Below are positions 37,017 to 55,989 of a DNA stretch of 64,000 bases, in pieces (within the stretch, counting starts at the first letter, position 1; each line of letters begins with the position of its first letter). The stretch is taken from the NCBI GenBank assembly GCA_964016885.1, contig OZ024744.1, forward strand, positions 41,912,001 to 41,976,000, written 5' to 3'. Below the pieces are notes generated by a model. That model made no database searches. It was not told where the DNA came from and worked only from the letters and a program-made list of their open reading frames with translations. Source of the stretch: Eledone cirrhosa. Lineage: Eukaryota. The position numbers and the translations under genes were made by a program.

Positions 37017-37440
37017 ACCTGCCTTCCCTTGCACACAGACTTAGACTTACACTCAGTAGGCACCTTTTAATCGAATATACAGCCCACACACCCTACACCT
37101 CCCTCCTACTTCCACCCACACCACCCTTACTATGTAAAGTTATGTTGGTAACACAAAATATCCTGCCCACACTGTAAAGTGCTCGTGTAGGAGACACACC
37201 AAAAAGCACCCAGTCCACACTGTAAAGTGGTTGTGTATGAGACATGCATAAGGCACCCAACACTCACTGCAAATGAGGTTGGCAATAGGAAGGGCATCCA
37301 GTCATAGAAAACCAGTCAGAAATAGTCCTATATGAGCAAAACATGGTCACCCGACCAAACTTGCCTCAAATGGGACAACCCGTCTAAACCATGTGCTAGC
37401 ATGGAAAATAAACGTTAACTGATGATGAAGATGATGATAT
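37012..37440 (+). mobile_element. RTE 3' UTR with (GAT)n tail
   Basis: AGGAAGGGCATCCAG, CCATG..GCTAGCATGGAAAA, gatgatg tail; homologous to 58000-58335. Confidence 0.7.
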
Positions 37441-38023
37441 ATGTACATGCAAGTGTGACACTATCACTATGTATGTGTTCACATTTATTGGTACTTTATA
37501 TCCCATTCAATAGTGGTTTTGTGATTTCATAAAAAGAAATCGATAAAATATGTACCAAGCATGAAAAATAAAAAGACCAAACAAAGAAGAATTGCTGGAA
37601 TCAAAATGATCTACTAAATTTCCTCTTGACCACACAGTCTAATGATTGAAACCAGTATAAGTAGGAAATAATAAAATAACAGAAGAATAAGAAAATAAAA
37701 GAATATTTGTTCTGTTTTATATTCACATGCAAACCGATTATCAAAGTTGCAGGCTACCGACATGATTCTACCCCTTTGTCATTTTTTTAATCTGTCAATA
37801 GTTGAGGAAAAACATGACATTTAATGAGAGAACTTTGTAATATAATTCTCATACATTTTTTTCCCCAACGTGTGTTTTAAGAAGTGTCTGTCAGTTTGAA
37901 ATGGCCTATAACTAAGAAAGTTTAGCAAGTGGCTTGACTCAATTGTTTCCACTTATTTCATACTCCTTGAATTCTTTGGCTGTCACCAAAATGTCTTATA
38001 AAATGTTCATTAAAGAAAGAAAG

Positions 38024-39652
<1,629 letters not shown>

Positions 39653-39654
39653 GT

Positions 39655-40000
39655 ATTTTGTTGAAAGGTGGGTGAAAGCGGCGTGTCTGGTCTGAGTGAA
39701 CGGGTCCGCTCTGAGTATGCACCTGTAGACTGAGGAGTGGGAAAAATGAGAGAGGGCGCTTGCCCTGGTGGTCAGGGTGGCCGTGGTCTTTTGTGTGATT
39801 TTTGCCATGAGTGACCCTCGGAGGCTTCCCCATTTTTGGAGAATTTTTGTTGTTTGAATTATTTTATTTGTTTTTACACATTTCTGTCTTGTTATAACCT
39901 TTTTTTACAAAACCCACTTTGTATCGTCCTGTACCGTTCTGTGCCGTCTGAAATGTTTTCTTCATGTTAGCCCTTGTGGCCAATAAAGAAACCATTATTA
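39655..40000 (+). mobile_element. L1/Tx1 3'-end fragment
   Basis: GAAAGGTGGGTGAAAG and CCCTTGTGGCCAATAAAGAAA match the 3' ends at 36570-36955 and 47270-47632. Confidence 0.8.
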
Positions 40001-40035
40001 TTATCATCATTATCCAATAAATGAAATCATTATTA

Positions 40036-40064
<29 letters not shown>

Positions 40065-40067
<3 letters not shown>

Positions 40068-40558
40068 GTTCTTTGAGTCTCAGTCATTGATGTCATTTAA
40101 CTGGAAAGTTTGTTGAAATGAATATCATTCTGCTACCTGCAGCCTCAGACATTCCCACCAAGCATGCCTTTTGAAGTGTTCCAAAAAATGGGGCTGGACT
40201 AGTCTTTAACCATCCTTGAAAACTCTTTGAGATAGTACTTAGTGCTCCTATGACAATCGGGATGACCTTGATCTCTTGACAGTCCCAAATCCTTTTTAAC
40301 TCCCACTTTAAATCCTGGTAGCGGTTAGTTTTCTCCCTCTCCTTTTCTTGCACTCTCGTGTCAAATGGGCAGGCTACATCTACAATCAGGCATGATATTT
40401 TTTCCTAATCAAAACCACCAGGTCAAACCTATTGTGTTCTAATTTCTTGTCCATCTGTACCCTGAAATCCCACAGCACCTTCACCTGGTCGTTTTCTATC
40501 ACTGACGCTGACCTATGCTCATACCACTTCTCAGAATGTGGTAAATTGTTTAATCTGC
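40065..40558 (-). mobile_element. Older R4/Dong 3' fragment
   Basis: EKEREKTNRYQDLKWELKRIW..VIPIVIGALS; (TTA)n on both sides. Confidence 0.85.
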
Positions 40559-40819
40559 AATTATTATTATTATTATTTGTCTGTTCGGACGTCTTTTTGC
40601 TCGCTCCCTGTAAGTCGCTTTATTAACCTGTTATAATTATTTGTTGTATAATTGTTATTGTTGTATAAGGGATATAAACCCTTGTTCTTTGGCCTGTGAA
40701 GGGGAAAGTATAATATTTGGACCTTTTGGCCCAAATATCTGAACAATATTTGAACATTTTACTTTAAAAAAAACAAAAAACACATGGCTGAGCCATGCCC
40801 CCCAGCAATATGTCTGCTG

Positions 40820-43800
40820 TCGTGTGACAACGGCGTAAAAGATGAGAGGAGGGTTACAAAAATTGATACAACAAACACCACCACAAACAACGTGAACAAA
40901 GACTGAGAACACTAATTACCAACTACAACAATAACAGCAACAACCAAAATACAGACAACAGAAAAAAATGCCAACACTGAAAATATAAGTAATAGCAATG
41001 GCAATTATTTAGATTTGTCACATACAAACATGGATTTCCCGCCATTACCAACGTCTACAGGTGTTAAAGCCGCCATCCCCACCACCACAATGTCAAAAAG
41101 AACAGCCAACACCACCACCACAGCCAGAACTGAAACAAAAATTAAATTATTTTTTCGTGATATCGAAATCGATTCTCCGAAAATCGACTCTTCCACGCCG
41201 AACGCCAATGACACCACCACAACAACTGAAACTAAAAATAATAATAACAAAAATCACAATAACAACAACAACAACAATAAGAATAACAACAACAACATCA
41301 ACACCAGCGCAAAACCAAATGTGTAGTTTGCTAAAGCGGCAAACAAAAATGAAACGGTGGAGGTAAGCCAGGAAGAATTGAATGAAGCCAAGCGAATGGT
41401 AAAAAAATATGGTTACAGGGTCAACCTCACCCACCATCTAATACCATGGATCATCTGTGCCTATGCACCGTGTCATATCACACGATAAACATTAAAATGC
41501 GCCAAGTGGAACGGGCATCCGAGTCCCAGATACAAAAAGCTTTCGGACTGGTGTGGGCTCAAAAAACCCACATCAGACGTGGGCAAAAATATGAAACCGT
41601 GGACGTGTTCTTTGGAACCCCACAGGAAGCCAGAAAGCACTCCATGGCCCCATTAAAAAGTGACGAGTTCACACTCGTCCCAAGCTATTGTGGTCAGAGG
41701 CTGGTGAGGATCAGGGTGACCCAAGTTCCGCCGTCCATTGAAATTCACTGGCTAATGGCTGCCGTCCTCGCCAACATGGAGGCCGACACTAAAGTAATTG
41801 AGGTGATAAAAGTAAAGCAGGAGAACTGGTCCAGATCTGGAATGGAGCTCCTGATCTAAGCGGATCAAAAAAACATACAAGAAATTCCAGAGGTAATAGA
41901 CCTCAATGACGGCAGCCACCTCACTGTAATCGTTGAGGGTAGAAGGCCTAGGTGTGTCCTTTGTGGCGAAGGAATCCACCTAAAGGCTTTCAGCCCTCAT
42001 GCTAAAAAGTTGTGACCACCTCTCCTGCCCACCCCAGTGACTCAACCATGAAAACCAGCAGCAGAAATGGCAGCAACAACTGTAGCAGCAACAGCAGAAG
42101 CAACTGTAGCAGCAACAACCCCAGCAACAGTAGCAAAACCAACGCCACCACCGCCCACCGCGCCAGAATTAGCACTAGCGCCTCCACCATACCACACCAC
42201 AACCAAAACCAACGCCTGTGGAGGATTTTCCACTCCCCTACCTATCGCAACTGGAGACAGATTGTGACGACGAGGAATGGGAAATGGTATCAGGAAAAAA
42301 GAAAAAAAAAGAAACCAAAAAAGAAAAAATCCTCTTCCTTCGCCTTCCAAAATCAAAATGCAGGGCGAAAAAAACAAGCAAACTAACAAAAAAGATAAGA
42401 CAGCTATGTCACCACCCACACCAGCATCACCAGCCCCATCACCACAAACACCAACACCATCACTATCATTAACCCCAACACCACAATCACCAACACCACA
42501 AAAATCACCAACAAGTGAAATAGAAACAAACTCACAACAAATGCAAACAAAACAAAGCAACCAAAACGATACACACTATACAGCATTAAATTTGAACAAC
42601 AACCAATTATTACACTACATCCAACACAACACCAGCATCACAGAAAAAGACCACACAACAACCCAAAAGTTCACACCACCTTCACACATAAAAATCCCTC
42701 GTATCACACAGAAAACGTACACGACACTAAAATTAAAATTCCCCAAGGACATCGGAGACTTCCGATAAACACTCTCCAGGAGGATTTATAAAGACATCGT
42801 TCCGGAGGGGGCTACAAACAGTGAGAAGGACGGACAAACCATCCTTCCCCCACAAGAAGTGAGGTAAGTGGTCTTTCCCATCTTTTTCTACTCCTTTTCA
42901 ACATGGGTCGTCATGGCAGCAGAGCCACCTTCTCAACGACCTCAGGTCACTAAACATAGATGTGGTGGCCATCAGCAAGACCAGAATCTCCGAATCACAC
43001 ACCTTCACACCGATCTTCACGGCTACGATGTATAAGCATCTCCCAGCCGCCCAGGATCGGGATGGAGGAGTTGCTGTGCTTTTGCGGAGAGGCTTGAATC
43101 TCGCCATACGGGCCATCTTCCTGGACTCAGAAGGTAAGTCGGTGGTGCTGGACGTGACCGGCAGTGAAGGCAATGCTTTCAGGCTAGTAGCCGTCTACGC
43201 ACCAACAAGGGCAGGACGGCCAGATTTCTTCAGACGTCTAGAGAGCTTTCTTGGAACGTCCCGCACTTTAGTGTTAGTGGGCGACTGGAACGGTATCTTA
43301 GATGCACGCTGGGATTATGTGGGATTAGTAGCCAGGGCAGGTGGGTGTAAAAGCCTCAACAACCTGCTCAGACGTTTTGAACTGTCTGACAGGTATAGAC
43401 TGGATCATCCAAATGTGCCAATGTGGACATGGGTAAACCGCATCGGGTCATCGAGATCGTATCTAGATAGGGTATTGTGTAGCAAAACAGATAAGGCTAG
43501 TGTAGGTTGTCTACAATTTAAAGTAGTCGACTACACGGACCACAAATTTGTGATCTGTGAAGTTGACTTAGATAGGCTCCATAGGCAAGGGCCCGGCTAC
43601 TGGAAGCGGAACGTGTCGTTCCCGGCGCGTAAAGCTTACGGAGACCGGATTAGCGAATTAGTTAAGCGTGCGTTGACGGGTGCGATCGTCAACAACAAGT
43701 GGTGGTTTACCCTGAAAAGGGCTATTAGAGTAGAATCGATAAGGTTTAGAAAAGGATTAGTGATAGAGGAAAATAAAGTAGAGGGCGAGTTAATTAAAAA

Positions 43801-46800
43801 AAATAGAAGAGGCGTTTAGGACAGGCATCGCAACCGACGTGCCTGCGGCGAGATTGGCACTCGACCAATTCTTCAACGCAAAGTATGAAGGATGCGTTGT
43901 CAGAGCTAGCGTGCGTGCTCTAAGACACGAGGGGACGAAAGCCATTCAATGGGCCCGGGTGGTGGAGACGCGACGTGGCAACAAGTCCACAATTCAGTTT
44001 TGCCTGATCAAATTGGGCGCATGTTGCTCGAACCCGAGCAACAGCACTTTGCTCGATTGTTAAGGAGCGGCGGGCCGGATCGGAGTATGGACTTCGGTGC
44101 ATACCTCGACGGACTGCCGCGGCTCTCGACGACCGCAGGGCAGTGCTGTGAAAGGCCGATAACAACCAATGAAATACGGGAAGCGATGCCTGACTGCACA
44201 AGGGGTAAATAGCCAGGTTTGGATGGTGTACCCTACGAGCTTTATGCGTATATGCCAGACTTGTTCGGTGACTTCTAGGCAGATGTCTACTGCAACTGGC
44301 AGCAAAACAGGAGCATTCCCAGTTTTGTGAGCCGGGGAGCAGTGGCGCTGCTGAGAATAGACCCGAACAAGGGGGACGTTATAGACAACTTCAGGCCAAT
44401 AACTCTGCTAAACGCAGAGTTTAAGATTTTGGCCGATGTGTTATCAAAGAGATTGGCGCTTGTCGTCAGTGATCTGGTGGGAGAGGCGCAGACATTCGCC
44501 ATTCCGGACAGATCCATCCACGACAAACTCCATCTCATGCGATACATGATAGAGAGGGTGGTTAAGGAACCTGGAACGGGTGGGGCCCTGATCAGCTTGG
44601 ATCAATCTAAAGCATTTGATAGGGTCGACCTACCTGGCTGCGGTCCTCGAGGCGGCCGGCTTCGGACCCGTTTTTAGGGGCTGGATCGCTGCGATGCACA
44701 GCGACATCTGCTTGATTGTGAGGGTGAATGGTCACCTGTCGCAGCCTTTCAGCATCATGCGCTCGGTCCGCCAGGGTTGCCCCCATTCGTCCCTCTTGTA
44801 CGTACTGGCCCTCGAGCCGTTACTTCACAAATTGGAAACGATTAGGGGGATCCCACGCGAACTGGGATGCGGGAGATCAGCTTACGCCGTGCCAGCTTAC
44901 GCCGACGACGTCACCGTGGTGGTGTCGAACACCAAACACGTCCAGATGCTCGGCACCGCTCTCAAGGAATACGAAACGGTGACAGGAGCAAATATAAACC
45001 AGGAAAAGTCGGTGGGCTTGCAACTCGGCACTTGGAGAGGCAAGTCCATGCCGTCTGACAGCATCGTGGGGCGCTGGACGGAAGGAACGGTTAAATTGCT
45101 CGGGGTCTGGTTCAGTCCGGACCTCCAGATGGAGAAAAACTGGAGCGAGGTGACGAGCAGGGTGGCCTCTCTCACCCAGAAATGGGCTGAGAAGAGGCTG
45201 TCTCTGAAAGGTCGGGCGGAGGTGGCGAATGCGTACATCGCGTCCGTCATCTGCTACCGCCTGACCGTCGTACCTTGCCCCCGCCAAACTCTGACCAAAA
45301 TGGAGTGCCTTCTCTTCCGATTTTTGTGGAAGGGACGTGCTCCCATGGTCAGACAATCCATTTGGTGTCAACACTACATTGCGTGGAGAACTAGGCATGC
45401 AGTGGCTGATGATGCGCAAACATGCGCTGAGCTGCGACATCTTTGGTGCTTCCTTGACGGTGAACAGGTGTGGTGACCGTTCGCCAGGCACGTTTTCCCA
45501 CAGCTCGTCTCCTTGACGGAGCTGCCGTCCTGGATCAGGAAAAGACCGAGGGATAGCAATTGGAAGCTGGAATGTCTCCAAGCGCTCACGGCCCTCTACC
45601 AGCTGGGCACTAGTATCGGTGGAACATCCACCTTGGCGTTCTATAGAGGGCTAGTGGGGGGAAAGAGCGACTACGTTATCGGGGAGACCCTGGGCGTCGA
45701 AGAGGATTATCTGTTCGCTCTCTTCAAGAGAACTTTCAAACCAGGGCCTATGGACAACTTCCAGAAATCCCTGGCCTGGCAGTGCTACCGGGGAGCATTG
45801 CCGGTTCAGGATAAACTCTACAGGCACGGAGGTGCTGTCAGCCGAGCATGTCCGTCATGCGCGCAGGGTGACACAACCGTCGTGCACGCACTCGTTCAGT
45901 GCCTGAGGATTACTGACTTGTGGAGCTATGGGGGGTCCCGTGCGAACTAGGATGCGGATGATCCGCGTCAGCATATGCGAAAAATGTCACCGTAGTGGTG
46001 TCGAACGCCAAACACATCGAGTCGATCGGCACTATACTAAGAGAATACGAAGCGGTGACAAGAGCAATGATCAACCAGGAAATGTCGGTGGGCCTGCAGC
46101 TCGGCACCTGACGAGGCAGGTCTATGCCGTCCAACAGCAGCGTCGCACGCTGGACGGACGGACCGGTTAAATTGCTAGGGGTCTAGTTCGGTCCGGATCT
46201 CCAGACGGACAAAAACTGGGACGAGGTGACGAGCAGGGTGGCTTCTCTCATCCAGAAATGGGCAGAGAGGAAGCTATCCCTGAAAAGTCGAGCGGAGGTG
46301 GCGAATGCGTACATCGCGTCCGTCATCTACTACCGCCTGACCGTCGTGCCTTGTCCTAAGCCTCGCCTGACTGTGCTGGAGCGTTTGCTCTTTCGCTTTT
46401 TGTGGAAGGGTCACGCTCCGATGGTCAGGCGGTCCATCTGCTGTCAACACTCGTTACGTGGAGGGCTGGGCATGCCGTGGCTGATGATGCGCAGACACGC
46501 TCTCAGGCTAAGACATCTCCACCTCTTCCTCGACGGTGATCAGGTGTGGTCGCTGTTTGCTAGACGCGTCTTTCCCCAGCTCGTCTCCTAGATGGAGCTG
46601 CAGTCCTGGGTCAAGCGAAGACCAAGAGGAAGCGCTTGGAGACTGGAATGTCTTCAGGCGCTCTCAGGCCTCGACCAGTCGGGTAATGTGATCGGTGGAA
46701 ACTCCACCCTGGCGTTCTATAGAGGATTAGTGGAGGGAAGAGCGACGACGTACTTGGGGAAACTCTAGGCATCAACGAAAATCAACTAGCCAATCTCTTC

Positions 46801-47630
46801 GGAAGAACTTTCGGCCGGGGCCTATGGACAACTTCCAGAAATCTCTGGCCTGGCAGTGCTACCGAGGAACTTTGCCAGTTCGGTATAAAATCTACAGGCA
46901 TGGAGGTGCCGTCAGTCGGGCATGTCCGAGATGCGCACAGGGCGACGAAACCGTCCTGCACGCACTCGTCCAGTGTCCGAGCATTGCTCACTTGTGGGTT
47001 TATGTCGAACACTTGCTGTCGCGTGTAGCACGGATCCGGCTATCAGCTGAGTCTATCGTGAGGATTGCCCCGCCCTCTTCCTTTAGCCGGGAAGGGCAGG
47101 CAGTTTTTATCTGTCTGGTGGCCATGGCGAAAGAGATAGTACGGTAGACGCGTCTGAAAGGGTTGAAGACAAGCACTTACCTCTTCGGTGATGCCCTGAT
47201 TACCTTTTTCAAATTTCATTTGAAAAGGAAAATCAGGGCATGGAGGGGAATGCTCTCTTCCCAGCATATTGTTGAAAGATGGGTGAGAGAAGCAAGTATG
47301 GCCCGAGTGAATGGGCATACTCTGAGTATGTGCCTGTAAATTGAAGGTGGAAAACTTGGAGAAGGCACTTGCCCTGGTGGTCAGGGACACCATGGCTTTT
47401 TTTAATGGATTTTCTCCACGATGGCCCTCGGAAGTCTCCCCCCTATTGGGGAATTTTTCATTGTTCCTTTTTTTTTGTTATATCCTCTGTTTTTTTGGTT
47501 TTTTTTCATATGCAGAAATGCCCATTTGTACCGTCCTGTATTGTCCTGTATTGTTCTGTATTGTCCTGTATTGTCCTTCACTGTCCTTAATGTCTTACTT
47601 TGTGTAAACCCTTGTGGTTAATAAAGAAAG

Positions 47631-47632
<2 letters not shown>
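40820..47632 (+). mobile_element. Near full-length L1/Tx1-clade LINE, decayed, with a duplicated ORF2 segment
   Basis: ORF1 remnants (41015-42870) with VIVEGRRPRCVLCGEGIHLK knuckle; APE (GGVAVLL, VAVYAP, GDWN, SYLDR, TDH); RT (NFRPITLLN, DQSKAFDRV, RQGCP, YADD); zf-RVT; AATAAAGAAAGC(ATT)n end. Confidence 0.92.
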
Positions 47633-47664
<32 letters not shown>

Positions 47665-47671
47665 GTTGTTA

Positions 47672-50600
47672 TTCCTTGAATCTCAGTCATTGATGTTGGT
47701 TAACTGGAAAGTCCGTTGGATTGAATATCAAGCCACTACCTGCAGCCTCAGATATTCAGGACGTATCGGAAGGTTCTTGCTGTTCCAAGCAAGCATGCCT
47801 TTTGAAGCGTTCCAAAAAGCGTGAAGGGGCCGATTTTCTTTAACCATCCCTGGAAACTTTTGGAGATAGTCCCCAATGCGCCTATGACAATCGGGATCAC
47901 TTTGACTTCATGGCAGTTCCAAATCCTTTTCACCTCCCACTTTAAGTCCTGGTATCGGTTAATTTTCTCCCTCTCCTTCTCTTGCACTCTCGTGTCGAAA
48001 GGGCAGGCCACATCCACAATCAGACACGATCTTTTTTCTTTGTCCACAACCACCAGGTCAGGTCTATTGTGTTCCAGTTTTTTGTCCGTCTGTATCCTAG
48101 AATCCCACAGCACCTTCACCTGATTGTTCTCCATCACCGCCTCTGGCCTATGCTCATACCATTTCTCAGAATGTGGTAAATTGTTTACTTTGCACAGGTG
48201 CCAGTGGATCACCCTGCCCATCACATCGTGTCTCCAGCCCTTATAGTGGGTCTGGGCTAGGTGTTTACACTCGGACACAATGTGAGCCACAGACTCCTCT
48301 CTCTCTCCACAGATCCTGCACAGTGGGCTAGCCTCCTCCTTGTAAATATGGTGCTTCAACCACTTCGTTTTGAGGGCCTGCTCCTGCGCAGCCATTAGCA
48401 TTCCTTCTGTAGCCTTTTTGAGGTCTCCTCTTCTCAACCAGTTCCATGTCTGTGGATCTCTAAATTCAGTTTTCTCAAAGAAGGTACTATGAAGGGATTT
48501 TCCCTTAAGGCTGCTCTTTCTCCTTGATGTTGTTTCCTCCTTGGACATCCCCTGTCCTACTGCCCTCTCCTTCAGTACAGTTCTGAGCATTGGCTCCTTA
48601 CTATAGGTCACGTATTTGTATAGGTTGTTTTTCTCCATCTGAACACAGTCCTCTATGCTGATAAGACCTCTTCCACCCTCAGATCTCCTTAGGTAGAGTC
48701 TATCGACATCACTCCTCTTGTGGAACATGTTGTAGATAGTCAATAGCTTCCTAGTCTTCCTATCCATTTCTTTTTGTTCAGCAACATTCCATCTCAGAAT
48801 TCCCGCACTGTACCTAATAATAGACACAGCTCGGGAATTTACTGCGCTTATGGCATTTCTGCTGTTCAGATGTGACTTCAATACGCTCCTTACTCTCCGA
48901 ATGTATTCAGTTCTTAACAATTCCTTCATTTTTTTGTTCTTTATGCCATCAGCCTCCAGAACGCCCAAATACTTGTATCCTTCCTCAGAGTCAATTTCCT
49001 TTATCATCTCACCTGTTGGTATCTGGATCCCGTTACTTCTGCTCAACCTACCCCTCCTCATCACAATGACTCCACATTTACTAATACCAAACTGCATACA
49101 TATATCACTGCTGAAAATACGGACAGTGTCAACAAGCACATCCAACTCCTTCTCACTTTTCCCGAAGAGCTTAAGATCGTCCATGAAGAGGAGGTGATTG
49201 ATGGTAAGCTCTCCCTTTCCCAACTTGTATCCTGCTTTCACTTTTCGCAGCATAATGGTCAAGGGCATCAGGGCAAGGACAAACAACAGAGGGGACAGGC
49301 TATCTCCCTGGAAGATACCTCTCTTGATCTTCACGCTTCCCAAGGATACTCCAGTTGATGTCAACTCTGTCTCCCAGGACCCCATACTCCTGCCCAGCAA
49401 CTGTCTGATGTTATCTGCCACCCTGAAGATCTCCAGGCTTTTGGTGATCCAAGAATGAGGCACCATGTCAAATGCCTTTCTGTAGTCTATCCATCCCATG
49501 GCAAGATCAGTGTGTCTCCTCCTGCAATTCCCCATTACCATCTTATCAATAAGTAACTGGTCCTTTGTACCACGTGACTTCTTTCGGCATCCTTTCTGTT
49601 CGTCCGGTAACAAGTTGTTTGTGTGGAGGTGATGGTAGATTTCCTCAGACACAATGCTCGTCAACAGTTTCCACATTACGGACAGACATGTGATAGGTCT
49701 ATAGTTGGTAACATCATTACCCTTGATTCGGTCTTTCATTATCAGAACTGTGGTACATTTTGTCAACCACTCTGGCACCTCACCCGACACCAAGCAGTCA
49801 TTGAACATGGCCGTCAGCTTCGGGTGGAGGGATGTTAAATTTTTAATCCAATACCCCTGCACACCATCTGGGCCTGGTGATTTCCAGTTGGTTAGTTTTT
49901 TGGCCTGCCCCTTAAGAGTTTCAACTGTGATACTCAAATCAGTTTGTTGGTGTGCCTGCTCACCGATCTCCCTCTGTACTGTCTCAATCCACCCTGCCTG
50001 GACATTATGTCTAACATCCTGCTCCCATATTCCTCTCCAGAATGTTTTAGTTTGCTCCGCCCCAAGGATCAAGTCGTTGCCTCTTTCTTTCCCCTCAAGC
50101 TGTCCAAACAGCATCTTCTGGTTGTTGTCGAACATGCGGTTCTGTTTATACTGACTGACTCTGTTCTCGTATCGCCTGATTTTTGCACTCTTTGCTACAA
50201 TGCGTTGCTTCAGTTCCTCTATGATAATATTTAGCTTTTTCCTCCTAGTTTTGTACTTTATTTCCAGTCTATTTTTAGTGCCTATGTTTTTTAGTGTCCC
50301 ATTCAGTAGTGACTCAAGCTTTCCTATGTCATTTCTCATTTCCCCGATTTGACCACTCAGTCGTTTCTTCCACCACGGCTCTGCTCTTTCTTGTCTGTTG
50401 TTTCCTCTCGCTTTTATACCAAGTAGTTTCCTCACCGTATTTGCTGTTGCTTTGAGGATATTGTTGCACTGGTGAAGGCTCCTCGCCTCAAGGTATGGGA
50501 TGACTTTGTTTACCTTAGCTGTTGTTTCTTTTAACTTTTTCCTGTCTACAAATCTTAGGTCTCCCACTATCATTGTTCAATTCATCTACCACTAAATTTA

Positions 50601-51290
50601 GGATGTCAACCGAATCTTGTCCTAGCCCGTCAGCATTCATCTCCTCAGTGGCCGTATCTCTGTTCCAGGTATTATTTATCTCAGTATTCAGATCATTGTC
50701 TGCTTCGGATGGTTCCTCCGTTCTCAGGACCTCTTCACCTTCATTTCCCACTGGCTCGCTTGTCTGGCATACTACACCCGCCATCTCCAAGCCATTCTCT
50801 CTGCTCAGTTCCTCCAGTTCCAGCTCGCTTATCCACCCATTAGTTCTTATTACCCGAGCCTGCCCGGCCAATTTTTGTTCATCTAATTTAAATAGACCAA
50901 TCTCGTTCCAGATGTTATGCATCCGTCTCCTGTAGCCCCTCTCCCTGGGGTTACTTTTCAGGTAACATTGCATAACAGTTCTATTCAATTCTTTCGTCCA
51001 GTTGGTTCTGGCCCCTTTCCTTCTTCTTCTTCCTCCAACATCAGCAGTATTTGGTTGACAGTCAGGTTCCTGCTGCTGAGCCAGGGGGCACCTGTTGGGT
51101 GAGAGTCTGTCACATGACGTTCTAGTCTCCATTTCACCGTTATTCGAACTGTTTATGTTCGATATTTAAACACTCTTATCGAGGATTGGCGAATGTATGG
51201 TTACATAGCCATCTGTGGATTCGCCGTTCCACTTGGCCCTTGTGTGGCATTATCACCACGCTGTATACGAACACACATAAACAAACAAAC
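47672..51290 (-). mobile_element. Near full-length R4/Dong-clade RLE retrotransposon
   Basis: N-terminal ORF 50515-51132 (RTNWTKELNRTVMQCY) frameshifted onto a 941-aa RT-CCHC-RLE ORF; 3' end in (TAA)n, the known Dong-type target. Confidence 0.95.
47748..51132 (-). pseudogene. R4/Dong RT + CCHC + PD-(D/E)xK endonuclease ORF, one frameshift near 50555
   Basis: KSPGPDG, NYRPITCL, EQKGCR, IDYRKAFDMV, GIFQGDSLSPLLF, HLLFMDDLKL, YKYLG, RPD..D. Confidence 0.93.
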
Positions 51291-52028
51291 ACACAGGCAG
51301 AAAGGGCCCCAAAAATGAATAAGCATAAGTTTCATTGTAATGTAGTGTTCGAATGTCTGACTTAGTTTTTGTTTTTTTAGTTTTAGTTTTTCCCCCCTCT
51401 TCTCTGTCCGTCCGCCTGCTTCTCTCTTCATTCTTATTTTCTTTACGTTTTTTGTTGTTTTTTTTTGTTTTTGTTTTTCTCTGTTTGTTTTTCTCGTTTT
51501 TTGCTGTTGTTGCTGTGCTGCTTTGGTTTTGTTGTTTGTTTTTTCTTTTTTCTTTTGAGTCTATCTATATATTTTGATGCCTTCCTCTTTTTTAGTAGTA
51601 GGAATTCTATAATGTGGTGGCAGCAGCCAGCCGGGAGAAGTGGAAGACTGGCGGCGGTAGCGATACTGAGACAGTGGTGGTGGTGATGTCGATACCGAGG
51701 CAGTGGTGGTGGTGATGTGATCGTATTACTGTAGTGATGGTGTTGTAGCGGTGGTAGCAGTGAAGGAGTGAAGGAGTGGTGGCGGCGGTGATGGGATAGT
51801 GGTGGTAATGATGGCAGTAGTGAGCGGTGGTGGTGAAATTGCCGTTATCTGGCTGTTGTGTTTAGTGTACACAGGTGATGAGGTGGGTGGTGTATCTAGT
51901 TTCTGGTGTTGGTGAGTTTGGCTGTTCTATATAGTGTAGACAGAGGAGAGGAGGGGGGGTTCTTCTTCCATTTATAGCCATTTTCTTTTTTGGATATACA
52001 GTGTACAATACAAAGTTGAATATTTGAA

Positions 52029-52029
<1 letters not shown>

Positions 52030-52107
<78 letters not shown>

Positions 52108-52108
52108 T
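52030..52108. repeat. (ATT)n microsatellite
   Basis: Directly visible. Confidence 0.95.
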
Positions 52109-52615
52109 ATCATCATCTTCATTGTTTATCATATGTCACATCAAAATTCTACTGATAGGTTTTGTGTGGTGTAAATTGTTGGTTATGCTGAGGAAAAGGA
52201 ATGATAAGAGTGTCTGTGCATAGAGAGAGAAAGTGAGACAAAGAGAGAAAGAGAACATGTGGATATTAGTGTTTGTGGTGTTGGTGGTGATGGGGGTACT
52301 AGTGTTTTTCAAATTCAAATCTGTATGAAAAGGGATGGTAAGAGTGGGTACATTTGTTTGTGTTTGAGGAAAGGGAGAAACAAAACTAAAAGATGAATTA
52401 GTTTTTTAAACTTTGCTCACATTGTGGAAAGGAAACAGCAAAGGTGTGTGTGATATAAAGAAAGAAAAAATGATGGCATTGGTGGTAAATTTTCCTGAAT
52501 TAAACCTATACTGTAGAAAATATATTGTTGATCCTTGAATTATAAAGGAATAAAATAATTCCATTTTCGGAATTTCCCTCCTTTGTTAAATTTATTCAAT
52601 TCATATGAAATTAAG

Positions 52616-52695
<80 letters not shown>

Positions 52696-52842
52696 TTAGA
52701 AACAACTACCAAATATTAAACGTCAATATGGTTATTTTAATTTTTTATTTATAATATCATTATCATCATCATGATCATCTTCGTTTAACGTCCATGTTCC
52801 ACGCTAGCATGGGTTAGACGGTATATATATACATATATATAT

Positions 52843-55980
<3,138 letters not shown>

Positions 55981-55989
55981 ATATATATA

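Noticed and set aside
51180-51290. Possible HDV-like ribozyme in the Dong 5' UTR (GGCGAAT/ATTCGCC stem)
   Set aside because: Could not build P1, P1.1 and P2 by eye; only a hairpin is supported
51300-52020. Low-complexity minus-strand segment resembling the Tx1 ORF1 region
   Set aside because: Similarity is compositional; not assignable by eye
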